Positions 47,570-57,415 of a stretch of DNA of 64,000 nt are shown here, one piece after another. Every line of letters starts with the position of its first letter. The first letter of the stretch is position 1. The stretch comes from Candidatus Thorarchaeota archaeon (GTDB lineage Archaea; Asgardarchaeota; Thorarchaeia; Thorarchaeales; Thorarchaeaceae). Location of the stretch: contig SDNP01000012.1 in assembly GCA_004524445.1 (NCBI GenBank), positions 16,145 to 80,144 on the forward strand, given 5' to 3'. The notes beneath the pieces were generated by a model. It was not told the origin of the DNA. It ran no database searches and saw only the letters and a list, made by a program, of their open reading frames with translations. The position numbers were made by a program, and so were the translations under genes.

Positions 47570-49144
47570 TCAGTCGCTCGAGGCGAGTTCTTCCATTCTA
47601 TTTTTAACGATTTCAAGTATTTCGTCTTTGAGATTCTCGCTCTCCTCAATTAGTTGCTCGACTTCTTTCCGGGTATTTTTGACGAATTTCTCGTCTTTGA
47701 TATTATCAAGATTTATCTTGACATTAAGAGCTGCTGCCTTAATCGCTGCTGATAACGCATACGCAGCACCGCCAGCATCGGTTATGGCATTGATATTGCC
47801 CTTCTCGGCTGCAACTTTCGCATGAGTGAGTGCCTCATATGACTGCTTCATGGTTTCTAGAGGAATCTCTGCAGCATGGATAGTAGCCTCCTCAATTGCT
47901 TCCGCCTTCTTTTCTTTCTCCTCTTCGTTGTCTTCCGGAAGCTTGTATGTTTCCATCACTTTTTCAAAGGCTTCGGAGTCTTTCTCAACTAAATCCATAA
48001 GAACACCCCGATTCGTTTCGCACGCATGTCGGTGATCAAGCATCTCCTGCTTGATGGCTGCAAATTTCCTTCCAGTCAATGAGAGACCTGTCACCATGCA
48101 GACGAGAGCCGCACCGTACGAGCCCATAGCTGCAGCAACACTTCCTCCACCAGGAGTTGCCCTAGCACGGCGTACCTGATTCCCGAATTCAATCAAGGAC
48201 ATCTCAGTGAACGATTTCTCAGTAGGCTCTTCAGCACCGCCAAGGTAGTACAAGTCGAGAATCATTGAGTCATCAAGCTTCTCCGGCTGCAAATAGTACT
48301 TGAGAGCATCAATGAGAGCGAAGAGGGGTACCATCCCAACAATCTCGGTTTCAACAACAGTGGCACCAAAACGCCTTGCTTCATTCTTCACAACTTCAAG
48401 AACCTGATGTATCTTTGTCCTCTTCGGATGCGTGAGATTGCATGAAACTTGGACCATTCCTTTGTCTGGCAAGTTTAGACCAATACCCTGCACGTTTACG
48501 AAACCACCAGTGGTTGCTCTGACAGCATTTGCACAGACCTTAGCCACTTCAACATCCGTTGTATTTAGATTGAAATTGATTGCAATCAGGAAAAATCGTG
48601 CTCCTGTAGCAGTAGCACCAGCCTTTGGGTTGATTTTGTTCGGGCCATAGTCAGGAGTCTTGCTCTCATCCTCTCCGATTGTTTCGCTAAGTCCTTCGAA
48701 TTCTCCCTGACGAATATTAGGCAATTCCTCCCTTTCAGGACGGGTAGCGGCTTTGGCGTAGAGATAGACAGGAACATCGTGCTTCTTAGAGTATTCCTCA
48801 GCAAATTCCTTTGACAGCTCTATGCACTCCCCGATGGTCGTACCATGAAGGGGAATAAAAGGAACAACATCAACGGCGCCCATTCGAGGGTGGGCTCCCT
48901 CGTGCTTTCTCATATCGATTTTCTCTACTGCAACATCTGCAGCCTTCAAGGCAGCCTGTTTGACTTTTTGTGGTTCTCCTATGAATGTGAATACAGACCT
49001 GTTGTGGTCAGGGTCATACTCAACATCAAGAAGACGAACACCATCAACACTCTTGATGGCATCAGCCAATTCATCAATTACCTCTTTTCGACGACCTTCG
49101 CTGAAATTAGGTACACATTCAACAACCTTCACGCGTGTCACCAA
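47570..49144 (-). CDS. ftcD: Bifunctional glutamate formiminotransferase-cyclodeaminase
   Basis: ECVPNFSEGR, DHNRSV, HPRMGAVDVVPF, TPGGGSVAA, LNVKINL. Confidence 0.95.
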   Translation of the reverse strand: MVTRVKVVECVPNFSEGRRKEVIDELADAIKSVDGVRLLDVEYDPDHNRSVFTFIGEPQKVKQAALKAADVAVEKIDMRKHEGAHPRMGAVDVVPFIPLHGTTIGECIELSKEFAEEYSKKHDVPVYLYAKAATRPEREELPNIRQGEFEGLSETIGEDESKTPDYGPNKINPKAGATATGARFFLIAINFNLNTTDVEVAKVCANAVRATTGGFVNVQGIGLNLPDKGMVQVSCNLTHPKRTKIHQVLEVVKNEARRFGATVVETEIVGMVPLFALIDALKYYLQPEKLDDSMILDLYYLGGAEEPTEKSFTEMSLIEFGNQVRRARATPGGGSVAAAMGSYGAALVCMVTGLSLTGRKFAAIKQEMLDHRHACETNRGVLMDLVEKDSEAFEKVMETYKLPEDNEEEKEKKAEAIEEATIHAAEIPLETMKQSYEALTHAKVAAEKGNINAITDAGGAAYALSAAIKAAALNVKINLDNIKDEKFVKNTRKEVEQLIEESENLKDEILEIVKNRMEELASSD

Positions 49145-49281
49145 GCCGGTCGGATAATTTCAGGCAAAAAAGGATTTGGGAATCGGGGTTTTAACCAAAA
49201 AACAACATGGGATGCGCAAAAAGGCAAGCCTAATTCCGCATCTTTTGCAGTCATGTGCATTCTTTTTCCTAGTGGTTACGT

Positions 49282-50217
49282 TCAGCTTGTATATCCGCCA
49301 TAGTCTATTGCATCAACAATGAAAATGTTAGTTTGATTCTGCAGGTATGAATATGCAGCTAACACGTTTCTAAGTAACATGGCAATGGTCATTGGCCCCA
49401 CACCCCCAGGTACTGGTGTTATGTAGGATGCTTTCTCTTTAACAACTTCAAAATCCACATCACCCTTTGGTGTAGCCACGTCTATGACAATGGCATCATC
49501 TTTGACCATATCTTCAGTGATAAAATATGGGTCATCATCCGACTCACGAAGCCCAACTGCAGTGACCAAAATGTCCGCTTTCTTAGTCTTGCTTGAGAGA
49601 TCCTCTGTTTTGGAGTGACAAACATGTACAGTGACATCTCTATCAAGCAACATGAATATCAATGGCTTGCCGACAATGGTGGATCGATTGATGATGACAG
49701 CGTCTTTTCCTTTCAATTCTACGGGCAGTAAATCCAGCATTGTGACAATGCCTTGAGGAGTTGCGGCACTCAAGAAGTCATCTCCATGGAATAACCGATA
49801 GATATTCCTAGGAGAGAACCCGTCAACATCTTTGCCAGGCGATATTGCATCAATGACCTCTTCTTCATCAATATGATCTGGGAGAGGTAACTGCACGAGT
49901 ATTCCATGAACATCACCATCATGGTTGAGCTTTTGTATTTGATCGATGAGCTCTTCCTCACTCGTGTCTTCAGGCAAATCATAAGTTTCAGAAAGGATAC
50001 CGGCTTTTTTACAAGCACGTTGTTTCATACGAACATACATTTTCGAACCAGGGTCCTCACCAACAATAATGGCGACTAGCTTTGGTGGTGTCCCATGAAT
50101 CTCAGTAAGATGCTCAACTTCTTTTTTGATGTGTTGTCGTATCTTTTTTGCAAGGGTTTTGCCATCGATGACATTTCCTTCTACAAATTCCTCAGGAGCA
50201 ATGTCGTATTCGCTCAG
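49282..50217 (-). CDS. folD: Bifunctional methylene-THF dehydrogenase/cyclohydrolase
   Basis: HGILVQLPLP, KDVDG, TPVPGGVGPMT. The conserved N-terminus (IDGKTLAKKI..VGEDPGS) lies upstream of the ORF-track start; likely CTG start at 50217 after GGAGG. Confidence 0.93.
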   Translation of the reverse strand: MSEYDIAPEEFVEGNVIDGKTLAKKIRQHIKKEVEHLTEIHGTPPKLVAIIVGEDPGSKMYVRMKQRACKKAGILSETYDLPEDTSEEELIDQIQKLNHDGDVHGILVQLPLPDHIDEEEVIDAISPGKDVDGFSPRNIYRLFHGDDFLSAATPQGIVTMLDLLPVELKGKDAVIINRSTIVGKPLIFMLLDRDVTVHVCHSKTEDLSSKTKKADILVTAVGLRESDDDPYFITEDMVKDDAIVIDVATPKGDVDFEVVKEKASYITPVPGGVGPMTIAMLLRNVLAAYSYLQNQTNIFIVDAIDYGGYTS

Positions 50218-50229
50218 GTTAATAGCCTC

Positions 50230-51825
50230 CTAAAATACACCGGATATGTTCCCATCCGCATCTATATCCATTTCTTCTGCTGCGGGCTCGCTGGGGAGTC
50301 CAGGCATCAGCATTACATCTCCAGTGTATACAATAACAAAACCGGCCCCAGCACTTACATCAGCCCCACGCACAGTTAGGGTGAAATCTTCTGGGCGACC
50401 TTTCTTGCTAGGATCATCGCTGAGGCTAAATTGTGTTTTCGCCATGCATATCGGGAGCTTGCCATGCCCACGCTTCTTCAACGACCATAACTCTCCGTTG
50501 GCGTTGTCTATGTATCTGACGTCCTTTGCTCCATAGATACTCTTCGCAACCTTCTCAATTTTCACTTTGAGGTCTTCATCAATAGAGTAAGTATAATTCA
50601 CTTCTTTCCCAGTTCCTACAACATCAAGTACTGCCTGCGCCATGTCCTTTCCACCCTCACTGCCTTTGGCAAATACTTCCGAAACTTCCATTCTCCACCC
50701 ATTCTTCTCACAGAATTCCCTGACTTCCGCAATCTCTTCATCAGTATCATCGGGAAAACGGTTCACAGCAACTACGAATGACGGACCAAAGTTTTGGATA
50801 TTCTCTGCATGTTTTTCAAGATTGGGCAACCCCTTCTTGAGGTCATCGTCACCTTGCTCTTTTAGTGCGCGTATACTCGTAATGATTACAACTCCATCCA
50901 CATTGAGATTACCAGCACGTGTGACGATATTCATGAATTTCTCCGCACCGAGGTCCGCTCCGAATCCCGCCTCCACTACTACATAGTCGAAGAGACGCAA
51001 CGCAATATCGATGGCCATTATTGAGTTTGTGCCATGAGCTATATTCGCAAAGGGGCCGATGTGTATCAGAGCTGGTGTTCCCTCTGATGTCTGTACCAGA
51101 TTTGGCTTCAGTGCATCCCTTAGTAAGACAGACATTGCTCCATTTGCATTGATATCTTTGGCGTATACTTCATTAAGATCGTAATCTCTAGATAGCAAGA
51201 TATTGCCGAGTCGTTCCTTCAGGTTAGTATAACCATCAGCCAATGCCATTATTGCCATTATTTCGGATGCTGCGGTGATGACATAGCTATCCTCTCTTGG
51301 AAAACCATTATCCTTCCCTCCAAGCCCCACAACGACTTTTCTTAGCGCTCGATCATTCATATCTATTGTTCTCGTCCAGTAGACTCTTCGGGGATCAATG
51401 CCTGCTTCATTCCCTCTGTTCACATGATTATCTAGCATTGCAGAAAGAAGATTATGAGCTGCTGATATTGCTGGAAAGTCCCCCGTGAATAGGAGATTTA
51501 TCTTCTCGAAAGGATGGACCTCTGATTTTCCTCCACCTGCTGCCCCACCTTTAATCCCAAAGACAGGACCTAGTGATGGTTCGCGAAGAGTGACCACTGC
51601 GTTCTTGCCGAGAGCATTAAGCGACATGGATAGCCCAATAGAGTTTGTAGTCTTGCCCTCTCCCGCGGAGGTGGGTGTGGTTGCGGTTACAAGAATCAGT
51701 TTTCCTTTCCGTTCTCCCAGCTCTTTCCGAATGTTGAGATTGATTTTGGCCATATGCCTTCCATAGGGCTCGAGATACTTCTCAGGAATTCCTGCCTTTT
51801 TTGCGACTTCAGTTATGGGTTTCAT
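50230..51825 (-). CDS. fhs: Formate-tetrahydrofolate ligase
   Basis: TPTSAGEGKTT, LREPSLGP, KGGAAGGG, GPFANIAHG, EAGFGADLGAEKF, MAKTQFS. Confidence 0.97.
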   Translation of the reverse strand: MKPITEVAKKAGIPEKYLEPYGRHMAKINLNIRKELGERKGKLILVTATTPTSAGEGKTTNSIGLSMSLNALGKNAVVTLREPSLGPVFGIKGGAAGGGKSEVHPFEKINLLFTGDFPAISAAHNLLSAMLDNHVNRGNEAGIDPRRVYWTRTIDMNDRALRKVVVGLGGKDNGFPREDSYVITAASEIMAIMALADGYTNLKERLGNILLSRDYDLNEVYAKDINANGAMSVLLRDALKPNLVQTSEGTPALIHIGPFANIAHGTNSIMAIDIALRLFDYVVVEAGFGADLGAEKFMNIVTRAGNLNVDGVVIITSIRALKEQGDDDLKKGLPNLEKHAENIQNFGPSFVVAVNRFPDDTDEEIAEVREFCEKNGWRMEVSEVFAKGSEGGKDMAQAVLDVVGTGKEVNYTYSIDEDLKVKIEKVAKSIYGAKDVRYIDNANGELWSLKKRGHGKLPICMAKTQFSLSDDPSKKGRPEDFTLTVRGADVSAGAGFVIVYTGDVMLMPGLPSEPAAEEMDIDADGNISGVF

Positions 51826-52028
51826 TTTTCCTACACCAGCGAAAGTAAACTATTGATTGGTTGTTCAAGTGAGTGCGAGTATTCATTGATAAAATGCACC
51901 CTATAGCTACAGAGGAGCTTGATGGTACAACATAAACCCTGAAATTCGCTTAATCATAATAATGTTGTTGAGTTTTACTGAAAAAGAAAATAAGGCAGCG
52001 TGTATATCCCCTTATTGGACTGAGAAAT

Positions 52029-53336
52029 ATGGATAGGCTTCCTCTTGAGGCATTGCCTGATGCGTTGCCTGATGCAATTGATGTCGAGAAGTATGTGATT
52101 TGTACATATTATGTGGGATTACCGCCGTTTATGGACGCTAAGCAGGTTGCTCATGCAGCAGCCATTGAACAGAGCACAGGTACTTGGACGATGGTACCAG
52201 GTGAAACCCTGCAAGTCCGGAAACGTCATGTAGCCAAAGTAGTTGGTCTCTACGAAGTGCCTCAGTATGAGTACAGCACACCTAAGGACCTTGAGAGGCG
52301 ACAATACATAATTCAGGTTGCATTCCCATGGGAGAATTTTGGTGCACAAATACCAATGCTGCTCAGCACAGTGATCGGGAACATCTCTTTGGGTGGAAGA
52401 ATAAAATGCCTTGATATGAGGTTTCCAAAGTCTTGGTTAAAAGAATTCAAGGGACCAAAATTCGGAATAAAGGGACTACGCAAGCTGCTGGGAGTCAAGA
52501 AGCGGCCACTATTGAACAATATGATCAAGCCTTGCGTGTACACCTCAGCTAAGATGGGAGCAGATCTCTGCTATGAGGCTGCGGCCGGCGGTGCAGATAT
52601 CATTAAGGATGACGAATTACTTGCAGATCCCAAATTCAATACCCTTGAAGAGAGAATTCCTCTGTTCATGGAAGCAATCGACAAGGCAGATGCTGAGAAA
52701 GGAGAAAAAACACTCTTCACGGTGAATATCACCGACAAAGTCCCAAAACTGTTCGAGAACGCAGAAAAGGCAATAGAACTAGGTGCCAATGCCCTGATGA
52801 TTAATTTCTTAGCTGTGGGATACTCAGCATTCAGGCATGTCTGTGAAGACCCCTCAATCGATGTCCCAGTTCTGGCACATATGGATATCACTGGAGCCCT
52901 GTCATATTCTCCGATCACCGGAATTGGAAGCAACATTGTGATTGGAAAGCTTCCAAGGATTTGTGGATCGGACATAACAGTATTTCCAGCCCCATACGGA
53001 AAAGCTCCGCTGCTGAAAGAACGATTCTTAGCCATGGCACATGACATGATCATGCCGCTTAGAAATATAGACCAAACAATGCCAATGCCCAGCGGAGGTA
53101 TATCGCAAGGCATGGTAGAAGAGGCAGTGGATGATCTTGGACCGGATATTGTCATAGGTTCAGGTGGTGCAATACATGCACACCCTGATGGACCGAAGGC
53201 TGGAGCAATTGCATTTAGGCAGGCTATTGAAGCAAAGATGAAGGGAATTCATGTCAGCGTGTATGCAAAAGAACATGAAGAACTCAAGAAAGCGATGGAC
53301 TCATGGGGCTCAGGAAGAACGGGTTTCGACTTATGA
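52029..53336 (+). CDS. RuBisCO-like protein (form IV)
   Basis: EQSTGTW, GNIS, IKPC, GGADIIKDDE, PSGG, GGAIHAHPDG; lacks the K177, R295 and H327 equivalents needed for carboxylation. Confidence 0.9.
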   Translation: MDRLPLEALPDALPDAIDVEKYVICTYYVGLPPFMDAKQVAHAAAIEQSTGTWTMVPGETLQVRKRHVAKVVGLYEVPQYEYSTPKDLERRQYIIQVAFPWENFGAQIPMLLSTVIGNISLGGRIKCLDMRFPKSWLKEFKGPKFGIKGLRKLLGVKKRPLLNNMIKPCVYTSAKMGADLCYEAAAGGADIIKDDELLADPKFNTLEERIPLFMEAIDKADAEKGEKTLFTVNITDKVPKLFENAEKAIELGANALMINFLAVGYSAFRHVCEDPSIDVPVLAHMDITGALSYSPITGIGSNIVIGKLPRICGSDITVFPAPYGKAPLLKERFLAMAHDMIMPLRNIDQTMPMPSGGISQGMVEEAVDDLGPDIVIGSGGAIHAHPDGPKAGAIAFRQAIEAKMKGIHVSVYAKEHEELKKAMDSWGSGRTGFDL

Positions 53337-53448
53337 GCCTAGTTAGGAATCATCACATCAAAGCTTAATTATCAGCTTCTGCAGACTTAAAATCCCCGTA
53401 GATTCCCGTACTTAGAAGAAGATAACTTAGACCTGCAGTAATGAGAGG

Positions 53449-55692
53449 GTGTTCTTGATTAGAAGAAACATAGTAGTTAGGATTGCCATTATCATCCTAG
53501 CTCCCATTAGTCTCTATTATTTTGGAGGGGCATTATGGTATTCCAGTCTCACAATATTGGGCTTCTTTACAATTACCGCATTTGTTTCTGTAGCTGGGAT
53601 ATCAATAGTAGCCCTGAGATTAGATGAAGATAATTCCCTATTCAATGTCATTATAGGATTGCTGTTCTCCTTTTACGCCGTACAATACCTTGGCACATCT
53701 ATCATGGGCATATACTATCAGCAAACACCCGAACAACTACTGACTGTGACAAGGCTATTCTACCAAGTGATAAGCATCACCATACTATCCATTCTGAGTC
53801 TAGCAGGCATAATCAGCAAGATACACGGGCTAAAACGCAAAAAATCAATAGCAAGTGTTGGAGTATTAATCACAGTCATCATTCTTCTTATATCGCTTGC
53901 TTACTCCTTCATCTTCTCAATAGGGAATAGCAATGAGTTCGGTTCTGTGTTGAGCAATGTGGCGGCTATCTTATCTATTCTCTTGTTTCTCTTATCCGCT
54001 GGAGCTTCAGTCCGATATAGGAACCGTATTTCTGGAGTGGATTTCTTCCGTTTTTCAGCAGCTAATATGATTTTTCTGGTTTCTGTGATACCTCTATCCT
54101 TCATTGTCGATGGTTCAATGCAATATTGGACACTATCACTCTCACTCCAAGGCACTGGTTTGTTTATACTCTATCTGTCAATTATGATACCCTGGCTTAC
54201 CTCAAAGGGGCTCAAACTGGGCATCGCTTACGTCAATGCGTCACTGCCAATCTTCGTCGTGTTAATTCCATATCTTGCTGTCATAGCTCTTCAAATCATA
54301 CTGCCAGTTGACATTCTGATAGATACTGGCGCCTATCTAATTGCACATCTGGGAGCTGCATCACTATCGGCTGTAATGGCGTATTTGATCAAAGTCTATT
54401 CGGACATAAAACCAAATGAAAACCAAGCTCCCCTCATATTCATGTTCGCTTCATGGGCTATAGTAAATCTAGCTGAGGTAATTGAGAGTCTCGCAATAGG
54501 ACTCGAGTCTGGTGAGTCCATAATACCCTATATTATTGGAAGCTTCGTCACAGCAACCATGCTGGTAGCGCTCATCAGACGGTTGAAACACAAGAATGTG
54601 AAAGAGCATATCAAGCCAACATGGTGGCTGGTTCTAGGTATCGTCCATACATTAGCGCTAATACTAGTGGGAGAGTATATACAATTCATCGTCATGGGAC
54701 AAATACCTGGGCTCCAAAGAACCCCAGTAAGCCGGTCAGTACTCCTAGCATTCAATCTTGTGAACATGGCACTCTTCGTATATGTTGCATCAACTCTTAC
54801 AGTTCGAGACCAGAAGAGAATCTCTGTAGAGACTCTTGCAGTATGGCTTCTAACTCTATGGATTGTACCCAACGTAATGAAAAGCATCTTTCTGGCTTGG
54901 ACCATAGGTTGGTGGGTAGCTGAAGTATTTATGGCCATGGGCCTGGCTCTTGGACCTGCGCTGCTCGGTTACCAGTACGTTCAAGCAATCTCGGAGGCGG
55001 AAGCATCGGACCGCAAAGCAAGTTTGTTCGCGGATATATTGATGCATGATGTGAGCAACTACCAGCAGGCAATGAAGACCAGCCTAGAGCTTGCCACCTT
55101 TGAGAGCATCCATGATGAGATTAGACAAGAGAGAATCGATAATGCATTAGATGCACTGAATGAATCTGAAAGGCTTGTTTCAAACCTTCGAAAACTAATT
55201 TCTGCCCAAAGCATGAAGCACGCAAATCTTCAGCCAACAAATCTGCAGCGAGTCCTCAAGAGAGCTGCGACGATAGCCAAATCCTCCACCGACAGAAAGC
55301 CAGAGATACAACTGCCAGAGAAGGCAAGTGAGTGTTTTGTGCTTGCGAATGAATTACTTATTGATGTATTTCTGAACCTATTTCTCAATGCTATAGAGAG
55401 CTCTGATGACTCGCCAAGAATCGAGGTGGATATTCATGCTATAACTAGCAATATGCAGAGCTTTTGGAGGGTTGAAGTAGCTGATTTTGGAAGAGGAATC
55501 AAGCCAAGTAGAAAGGAAGATCTCTTTAGACGTTTCATGGAAGGGGCTAAAGGGACGGGTCTTGGACTATCGCTAGTTAAGGCATTGGTAGAATCCTATG
55601 GCGGTGAAGTGTCTGTAAGAGACCGTGTCCCAAGAAGCTTTTCCAAGGGAACAAAATTTGTGCTGGATTTGAGAAGAACGGAACCAAAGTGA
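53449..55692 (+). CDS. Multi-TM sensor histidine kinase
   Basis: About 14 TM helices; H-box MHDVSN, N-box NLFLNAI, G1 DFGRGI, G2 GTGLGLSLV. Confidence 0.92.
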   Translation: MFLIRRNIVVRIAIIILAPISLYYFGGALWYSSLTILGFFTITAFVSVAGISIVALRLDEDNSLFNVIIGLLFSFYAVQYLGTSIMGIYYQQTPEQLLTVTRLFYQVISITILSILSLAGIISKIHGLKRKKSIASVGVLITVIILLISLAYSFIFSIGNSNEFGSVLSNVAAILSILLFLLSAGASVRYRNRISGVDFFRFSAANMIFLVSVIPLSFIVDGSMQYWTLSLSLQGTGLFILYLSIMIPWLTSKGLKLGIAYVNASLPIFVVLIPYLAVIALQIILPVDILIDTGAYLIAHLGAASLSAVMAYLIKVYSDIKPNENQAPLIFMFASWAIVNLAEVIESLAIGLESGESIIPYIIGSFVTATMLVALIRRLKHKNVKEHIKPTWWLVLGIVHTLALILVGEYIQFIVMGQIPGLQRTPVSRSVLLAFNLVNMALFVYVASTLTVRDQKRISVETLAVWLLTLWIVPNVMKSIFLAWTIGWWVAEVFMAMGLALGPALLGYQYVQAISEAEASDRKASLFADILMHDVSNYQQAMKTSLELATFESIHDEIRQERIDNALDALNESERLVSNLRKLISAQSMKHANLQPTNLQRVLKRAATIAKSSTDRKPEIQLPEKASECFVLANELLIDVFLNLFLNAIESSDDSPRIEVDIHAITSNMQSFWRVEVADFGRGIKPSRKEDLFRRFMEGAKGTGLGLSLVKALVESYGGEVSVRDRVPRSFSKGTKFVLDLRRTEPK

Positions 55693-55719
55693 AAACAGCA
55701 CAAATATCAAGTAAGGAAT

Positions 55720-57303
55720 TCAGTGCTCTTTTTTGTTCAGTTTCTTCCATAAGCCCTTATTCTTCTTGTAATATTCTTTCATGATTTCATATAGATGAGT
55801 ATATGTTTCGAAGTTGTCAGGGTTGGGTGAAAATATACATTCAACCGGTATCTTTTCACTCACTTGATTGAAGTCTCTCAGCTCCCCGAGACCTACGAAT
55901 GCGACCATGGATACGCCTATGCTGCCGGCTTCTAATGGATGTCGCATCCGATTTATTGGCTTCTGGAGAACATCGGCAAAAATCTGCGGCCAGAGATTAG
56001 AATTTGCACACCCACCAATCATGTTGATGCTTGGAACCTCACCCAGCATCTTACTTTTCTCCACACCCTCCATCATCCAGCGTGTATGAAAAGCAACACC
56101 CTCTAAGACAGCTCGGACCATTTCTTTCTTTGTATGTGCCAGAGAGAGGTTGAAGTAACCACCTCGTACATTGTGGTCATCCAGAGGAGTCCGTTCGCCA
56201 AATAGCCATGGAGCGAAGAGTAAATTATCACAACCTGCCACTGCTTGCTCAGCAATCTTGTCAATGGTTTTGAATGGATTTCTGTCCCCACGTCTGCAGA
56301 TTGCACATTCTTCAGAGGCATAGGATTTTACGTTCTCGCATAAATTACAGTGCCATTCCTCGCGAAGATGCTTCAGGCAAGCACCTGCAGACTCTTGTTC
56401 AGCCACCATGAAATACATGCCTGGGATAGCACTCCTTATCGAGCCCGTATATGAACTGATGTCCAGTTTCCGGTCTGCAACGTGTGCACCTAGCCATGCA
56501 CTTGACCCTGCATAGAGGTGAAGTTCCTTCTCACGGACAGCCCCGGACCCAACCCCTGCGGCAGTCATATCTCCGCAACCATTAACAACCCTTGTTTCAG
56601 TAGTGAGTCCAAGTTCGGATGATGCCTCTGAAGTTAGTGAACCAACTACCTCAATAGATGGAGCTAGTCGTGGCAGCTTTTCTTCATCTAGATCCATCCA
56701 ACCTAAAATAGTGTCAGACCATTCGTTCTTTCCCTTCCTCGTATTCATGAACCAAGTAAGGTTGGCACAGTCCCAAGATGTCACATATTCTCCTGTTGCT
56801 TTATGAATCAAGTAATCTTTGCAATCTAAGAATTTGTGAGTCTTTTCGTAGACCTTAGGTCGTTCCTCCATCACCCAGAGAATCTTTCCAATGATATCCT
56901 TGCCAGAGGGCACACCACCCGTAATCCTCAACATTCTGAGCAGGTTGATGGGATTTGATACAATAGCCTTGTTCTGCTTGGCGGCTCGAGAATCCATCCA
57001 AGTCATGCAATTCATCAACGGTACTCCTTCACGATCAACCGGGATAGTACCCATCATTTGTGTAGAGAAAGTGATGGCTATGATATCTCGCACTGAAATC
57101 TGTGATTTTGAAACAGCTTTCATTGTAGTTTCTTTTATTGCATCCCACCAGTGCTTCTCCGGGTCTTGCTCAGCCCAGTTTGGCTGCGGGTAGAGGATTG
57201 GATAACTCTTCTCAGCGGAGGCAAGAATCTCTCCCTCAATATCAACTAGTGATGCTTTGTTTCCGCCCGTGCCAACATCATGCGCCAAAATGTAACCGGT
57301 CAA
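55720..57303 (-). CDS. FGGY-family carbohydrate kinase (xylulokinase-like)
   Basis: HDVGTGGNK, WAEQDP, WMDSRA, GCGD, PWLFGERTP, RAVLEGVAF. Confidence 0.92.
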   Translation of the reverse strand: MTGYILAHDVGTGGNKASLVDIEGEILASAEKSYPILYPQPNWAEQDPEKHWWDAIKETTMKAVSKSQISVRDIIAITFSTQMMGTIPVDREGVPLMNCMTWMDSRAAKQNKAIVSNPINLLRMLRITGGVPSGKDIIGKILWVMEERPKVYEKTHKFLDCKDYLIHKATGEYVTSWDCANLTWFMNTRKGKNEWSDTILGWMDLDEEKLPRLAPSIEVVGSLTSEASSELGLTTETRVVNGCGDMTAAGVGSGAVREKELHLYAGSSAWLGAHVADRKLDISSYTGSIRSAIPGMYFMVAEQESAGACLKHLREEWHCNLCENVKSYASEECAICRRGDRNPFKTIDKIAEQAVAGCDNLLFAPWLFGERTPLDDHNVRGGYFNLSLAHTKKEMVRAVLEGVAFHTRWMMEGVEKSKMLGEVPSINMIGGCANSNLWPQIFADVLQKPINRMRHPLEAGSIGVSMVAFVGLGELRDFNQVSEKIPVECIFSPNPDNFETYTHLYEIMKEYYKKNKGLWKKLNKKEH

Positions 57304-57415
57304 GAATCAACTACTCTCCAATTCATCCTAGATGTATGTGGCACGACAAATAGGTTTCGCTCTTTTTGAGGCGTTCTAGTAAATCTAATGTAGCTCTCAT
57401 GGAAATGAATTTGAA

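Noticed and set aside
49211-49246. Hairpin between folD and ftcD as a THF riboswitch
   Set aside because: Short imperfect stem with no recognisable riboswitch consensus
52029-53336. Bona fide CO2-fixing RuBisCO (form III)
   Set aside because: The K177, R295 and H327 equivalents are substituted
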